64,000 nucleotides of DNA from Oikopleura dioica (taxonomy: Eukaryota > Animalia > Chordata), in the NCBI GenBank assembly GCA_907165135.1, contig OU015566.1:2232001-2296000 (forward strand). The letters run 5' to 3'. The notes under the pieces were generated by a model. That model was not told where the DNA came from, searched no databases, and saw only the letters and a program-made list of their open reading frames with translations. This document shows, piece after piece, positions 59,387 to 64,000 of this stretch (position 1 is its first letter; every line of letters begins with the position of its first letter). The position numbers and the translations under genes are program-made.

Positions 59387-60574
59387 AATACAATAGCCTT
59401 TCTTTTTGCAATCCGTTACTGTTAGTTAGGGATTTCGAATCGAGTCAGGTTGATAATCAAATAATGTCAGAACAAAAAAAAAACTGCAAGAACAAGAACA
59501 TTTTTTGACACAAAATAAATTTTTGTGTTTATTCGATTTTTGTTGTTGTTGATGTCAAAAAAATGTTGAATTTTAAGCGAAAATAAATTTAATAAAATAA
59601 AAAAATAACAAAATTCATAAAGTTCGAGAGAATCAGATTTAATATAATTATGCTCCCAATCTTGTGCAACCTTTCGATCATAGAAAAAATTCAGCAGAGC
59701 TAGTCAGTGAAACCACAAAAACGATGAGTTTTGGTCAAAAAGGAGCTAGTCATTTGTTCTCCATTGACATGGATTTGACTCAAATTGAGGTTTTGCCTTG
59801 ACCGTCAGTCGAGTTTTCTGACATCATTTTAGGTTCATTTTTCATGTCAATTAATTTTAAGGGGGTACACATCGTTAAACTCTTTTTCGCTTATTTCGTC
59901 GTGATACCCTTATTTTCAAAAATTATTTTGCGACCAGTGGCAGTTTTTTTGTTCATCATTTTCGAGTCAAAAGTCGAGTTAACCCTTTTGACACGAGAAA
60001 TTAAGAAAGGGAGGTCCTTAATTCATCCCCACTGGAAATCATTATTACCCCGATAATGACAAGAAAACAACCACGATAAATAAAATTCTACGTGCTATTT
60101 TCCTACCCCCTCTTTACGGAAAAACATCATTGCGATAAGGTAATAACATCCTGAATTCAGTCGACGGGCTGTCACTTCCAGCCTTCATCAGATATCGAAA
60201 ACTCAGTGTCCCGAAGATGGGCATTCTTCAGACGAAAAAGGTAACTCGAGAATCTCTAGAAAACACGTAAAAACCCAGGGTAACGTGCTTGCATAATGAT
60301 ATACTGGCTTACAGTTTATCGCCCGGCCGCAGCTTGTTTAGATAAGTCCACGCTCGGCGTCCGAGGAAAAAAGGATTTCCACATTGGGTCACCTTATTGG
60401 TTTGGAAGTCGTTGGAAGATACCCATCCGCCACAAGGGTTATCGAACTTGGGGTTTTGTGGAAACGCGTTGGTTTTTTAGGGCACACGTTTTTTTTCTTA
60501 TCGAAACGAAAATAAAGGCTGAGGTCAGATTGTGATCACACGACACTTTTTTTCCTTCAGAGAACAAAAAGATC

Positions 60575-60598
60575 TGCCTTGACTGTGGATCGAACACA

Positions 60599-60642
<44 letters not shown>

Positions 60643-60647
60643 AAGGC
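60575..60647 (-). tRNA. tRNA-Phe(GAA): tRNA-Phe (GAA)
   Basis: GCCTTGATAGCTCAGTTGGGAGAGCGTCAGACTGAAGATCTGAAGGTCCTGTGTTCGATCCACAGTCAAGGCA folds into a complete 73-nt cloverleaf, with a T-run terminator downstream. Confidence 0.97.
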
Positions 60648-61189
60648 ACAACCCGTTTGAGTACATCATTCGATATATAAAACATCCTGTCTATTTTCGT
60701 ACGCCCTATTTCTAAAAGTACTTTTCTGCAAGTGAAAAAACATGAAATGAGCTGTCAAACAAAAAACAGAAATAAGCAAAAATAAGGAAGGGAGCTTTAG
60801 GACGGATAAGATACCGACTTTGGCTTTGGACTTTGACGGCAACAGTAAACATGACTGAATTATTCATAATTAGTCGCCACTTGCTAATCCGCTCCTCAGT
60901 TGCTTATTCAAAAACAAAGGCAGTGGTTGATAATTTTTGACGTTGCCCGTCCTTGTTTTAGAACAGCGAGAAAGACATCCATCATCACTTTCGTCAGTGT
61001 TTTTTTAGTTGAGCCATATTGATAAATGAGGGTTGAAACTTGATCGTACAATTGTCGCGACTTCTGAGAAGAGATAATGAGTTAATAAGAAGTGATTAAA
61101 GAGTTCATCATTTTCAAAAGAAAGATGTTCCGGTAATTGACTATTAATACGGGTGTGTTTTATCATCAATGAAAAAGGATGAAGTGCAT

Positions 61190-61194
61190 GCCTT

Positions 61195-61238
<44 letters not shown>

Positions 61239-61262
61239 TGTGTTCGATCCACAGTCAAGGCA
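61190..61262 (+). tRNA. tRNA-Phe(GAA): tRNA-Phe (GAA), identical second copy
   Basis: Same 73-nt sequence, followed by CATCTTTT. Confidence 0.97.
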
Positions 61263-63239
61263 CATCTTTTGGAAAAGGGAGATTTAGGGGGTACCCATTG
61301 ATAAGCCGAAAGTAAAAAAAATCGGTTCATCAACTTTTCTTTCAAAAAGAAAGTGTTGAAATTTTTGTTGTAAGCATTTTTCTGCGGTTCAGAGGCTTTG
61401 ATCTTCCCGCTCGTTTTAGAAAAAATGCTGAATGAAAAGCAAAACATCCATCTAACAAGTTGTTTCTCCCAATCGTGAATGCAACAATTTCTCCAGATGG
61501 AGTCCCTTATCTCCACTCCAAAAACTCGATGGATTAATTAACATCCATCCAAATGGCCATGATGCAACGAAAAATTTATTCATCTGTTTTTCTTGATTCA
61601 AAAACTTAAGGGTGGCAACTTTGTTAAACAACTTTCGCAACGACTTTCGTTTTTGAAAACCTGTGTTTTCGTAACTTGATGATTAGATTCGGCAATTTGC
61701 AAAGATACGCCCTTATTTTCGAAGTTTTGATCGTTCGAATTCGAGAGTTTGAATTTGAACTTGACGGAAGATTTATTCGAAAAATCGGATAACATGACCG
61801 GCTCGTGTTTAGAAAGAGAGAAGAAGATATCTAAGTGGAACTAATCCTGTTCCGCCGTAGCGGTAAATACAGCGGAAGGACGTTCCCTTCTTATAACCGA
61901 AAGAGGTCGGACACGTACCCTTTTCCTCCTCTTCCAGCAATTATCTTTTCACTGCTTTTTGGAATTTAGTTGAATGTTGGGGAATGTTGGGGAATTCTCG
62001 ATTATGTGGCTTTATTTGGTATAATCCGTGAGAAACGGATTCCGAAATATTATTGAAAATTCCTTTTTTTTTCAATTTTATTAACTGTCGACTCCACCCT
62101 TTCTGGGAATGAAGGGTCGCTTATTTGATAAATTATCAGTGACGGAAATTTTTCTTTCAATCAAATTTGATCCTCTCGCTTCTTGGTCCTTAATTTTGAC
62201 AAACGAGAGGTTCTGGAGGACTCACGTAAAGGTTTCGGTAGGGCTGATGGACCGCACTTGAGACTTGTGCGGCCACTTTTCACGAGGCTTTGAAGCTTTG
62301 ATCGAATGGAGTACCTATCAAAAACTTGATTCGAGAGCTGATAATTTTCTATCCCTCTTTTAAATTCAAACACTGGGTCTTTTTAGAATCGCGAAAATGA
62401 CAAAAAAAAAGAAGAAAAAGAAAAAAAAATTGAAAAAAAATGTCACGTGTGTTTTCTGCCAATTCTAGCGGCAAAATTATACAAAAGCGAGCCACGTGTT
62501 CGGAAGCAGAATAATTTCTAGATACGGTTTATCTCTCTGCGCGTTGCCCTCTCCCCCATCTGACGTGTTCTAATACCTCAGAGGTGATGTCACTTCAAAA
62601 TGTTTTTTCGCCGCTTTTTTACGTTGCAAGTGGCGCGAATTAGCAAAACCATAACATCACCGCCAATTTATAGAAGTCGCTCCTCACCTTTACGGGGATT
62701 TTTTCGAAGAACAAATTGATGATTTTATCGGACTGAAACCGAGAACTGTCGAAAATATCCTGTGGCAAAACTAAATAAGGGTGTCATTTAAAAAATCAAC
62801 AAATTTTTTTCACGATTTTTCGGCATTCTTCATTTTCTTACTCTCAGAAAATCTTGTTGAATGTAAAATTAACCTTTCAAAAAGTCCGATTGCGCGGTTA
62901 TGAGAACGGAAGTTGCGTTCTGATTTCTAATTATATTGTTTGGGAATGCGTGTTTAGAAAGAACCAAGAGCGCCGTGGCGTTCTTTCTCAAGCTAAGCTC
63001 CAAAGAGAAATGGGATCGCCACATTTTTTCCGGAGAAAAACGACGTGACGATGCTGTACGGGAAATGTAGCGTAACTGGGCTACTTTTACGCTCGGGCGA
63101 TTAGCAAAAGAGAGTTCATTAAAAAAAAAGTGAACGCGCCTTTTTTTCTAATTACTCGCTCGTGGCCAGCTCGAAGGATTGAAATTTCGCGCAGAATTTC
63201 TTGAAAAAAATCATCACTTTAAAATTTTAGATTCAAAAG

Positions 63240-63812
63240 ATGATGATCGTTCCTCTTCCGAGCCAAAAAATTGACGATTTTCTTTGCCTGGATGAATCAT
63301 CAATTTCAAGCAGCCCGATTTCAGAAAGGAGAGATGAAAAAAGGGTAAGCGCGGTTTTCTCGGTTTTCGGCTCAACCCAGAAAATGCTCATTTTGGTCGA
63401 CTGACTTTAACCTAGGGTTACCAGAACGTTTGATATTAGATAAGAAGATTAGGTCTTTTCCACGAAAGAAGGACTTTTATATTTTCACTTGTTATTATTT
63501 TCAAAAATGCCTGTTTGAGCATTTTCCCGAGAAAATACCGCGGCCGATCGGAGCTCAACTTAAAATTTCTTTCTTCAATCGTCGGTAAATTCAATTTCCC
63601 CGGCCGTTCGATCCATGACGAAAGGCGATTCAATTTTTTGAAAAAATCCTATTCCGTTCAAAATTGCTTTAACCTTCGCCTCCTCCCTCTTATACAGTGA
63701 TTCTAGCCAAGCAGCGGCAATGATGAGAGATGTCAATCCCCGAGTTTGTCGACCATGAGCAGCATGAGCGATTCAAATTCCAGCACGAGCACGACCTCCA
63801 CGCATTCGTCAG
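63240..63812 (+). CDS. 5' exons of a gene with a Ser-rich N-terminus, truncated by the window end
   Basis: Exon 63240-63344 (MMIVPLPSQK...DEKR) and exon 63707-63812 (PSSGNDERCQSPSLSTMSSMSDSNSSTSTTSTHSS) join at phase 0 via GT-AG. A TTTTAG acceptor-like site lies 9 nt before the ATG. Confidence 0.55.
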
Positions 63813-64000
63813 GTAAGCGAATTCTGTTCACTGTCCAATTGTAAATATATTTCCCTCAAATTTGTGTTTGAAATTTTTCTTGCTTTTTTGTCGAATAATA
63901 AAAGAGTCAAAATGTGCATTTTCGGAAGAAAAAAAGGTATTTTGAGAGTAGTTGGAGGGAGGGCTGGACCGGATGTTTTAGTTGTATTCCTCTGACAAGG

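Noticed and set aside
60285-60540. Moderately GC-rich stretch beside the tRNA that might be an snRNA, SL RNA or 5S gene
   Set aside because: No match to the U1/U2/U4/U5/U6, 5S or 7SL motifs I can recall; an Infernal/Rfam scan would be decisive.
62430-63060. Cluster of CACGTG/ACGTG boxes upstream of the last gene
   Set aside because: A few short motifs with no conservation or chromatin data are not enough to call a regulatory element.

Overview
Eukaryotic, AT-rich, intron-containing genomic DNA, most likely from an appendicularian tunicate (Oikopleura dioica-like). This is an inference from many 33-65 nt introns, several GA-AG introns required to keep conserved domains in frame, and a kelch-like family I associate with that lineage. 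Roughly 4-20.9 kb is gene-poor and filled with non-autonomous DNA transposons, a pervasive TAAGGG/CCCTTA motif and GC hairpin repeats. From about 20.9 kb to the end, genes are densely packed. They include an SMB-VWD-C8-TIL secreted protein, a Gla + kelch-like protein, a C-type lectin, a C2H2 zinc-finger protein, a GATA1/2/3-like factor, a UBX protein, a divergent kinase fused to a papain-like protease, a ZP-kringle protein, an Amt transporter with duplicated first exons, an SLC10 symporter, an IGFBP-N-like protein, several unknown genes and two identical divergent tRNA-Phe(GAA). The most unusual signals are the kinase-cysteine protease fusion, the Gla-propeller fusion, a pogo-like mini-element keeping a PCNA (PIP-box) C-terminus, TTAA-bounded micro-palindrome arrays, GNA mini-hairpin modules, and CAGGG-ended MITEs inserted into apparent reading frames. 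All gene models were spliced by eye and no database searches were run.
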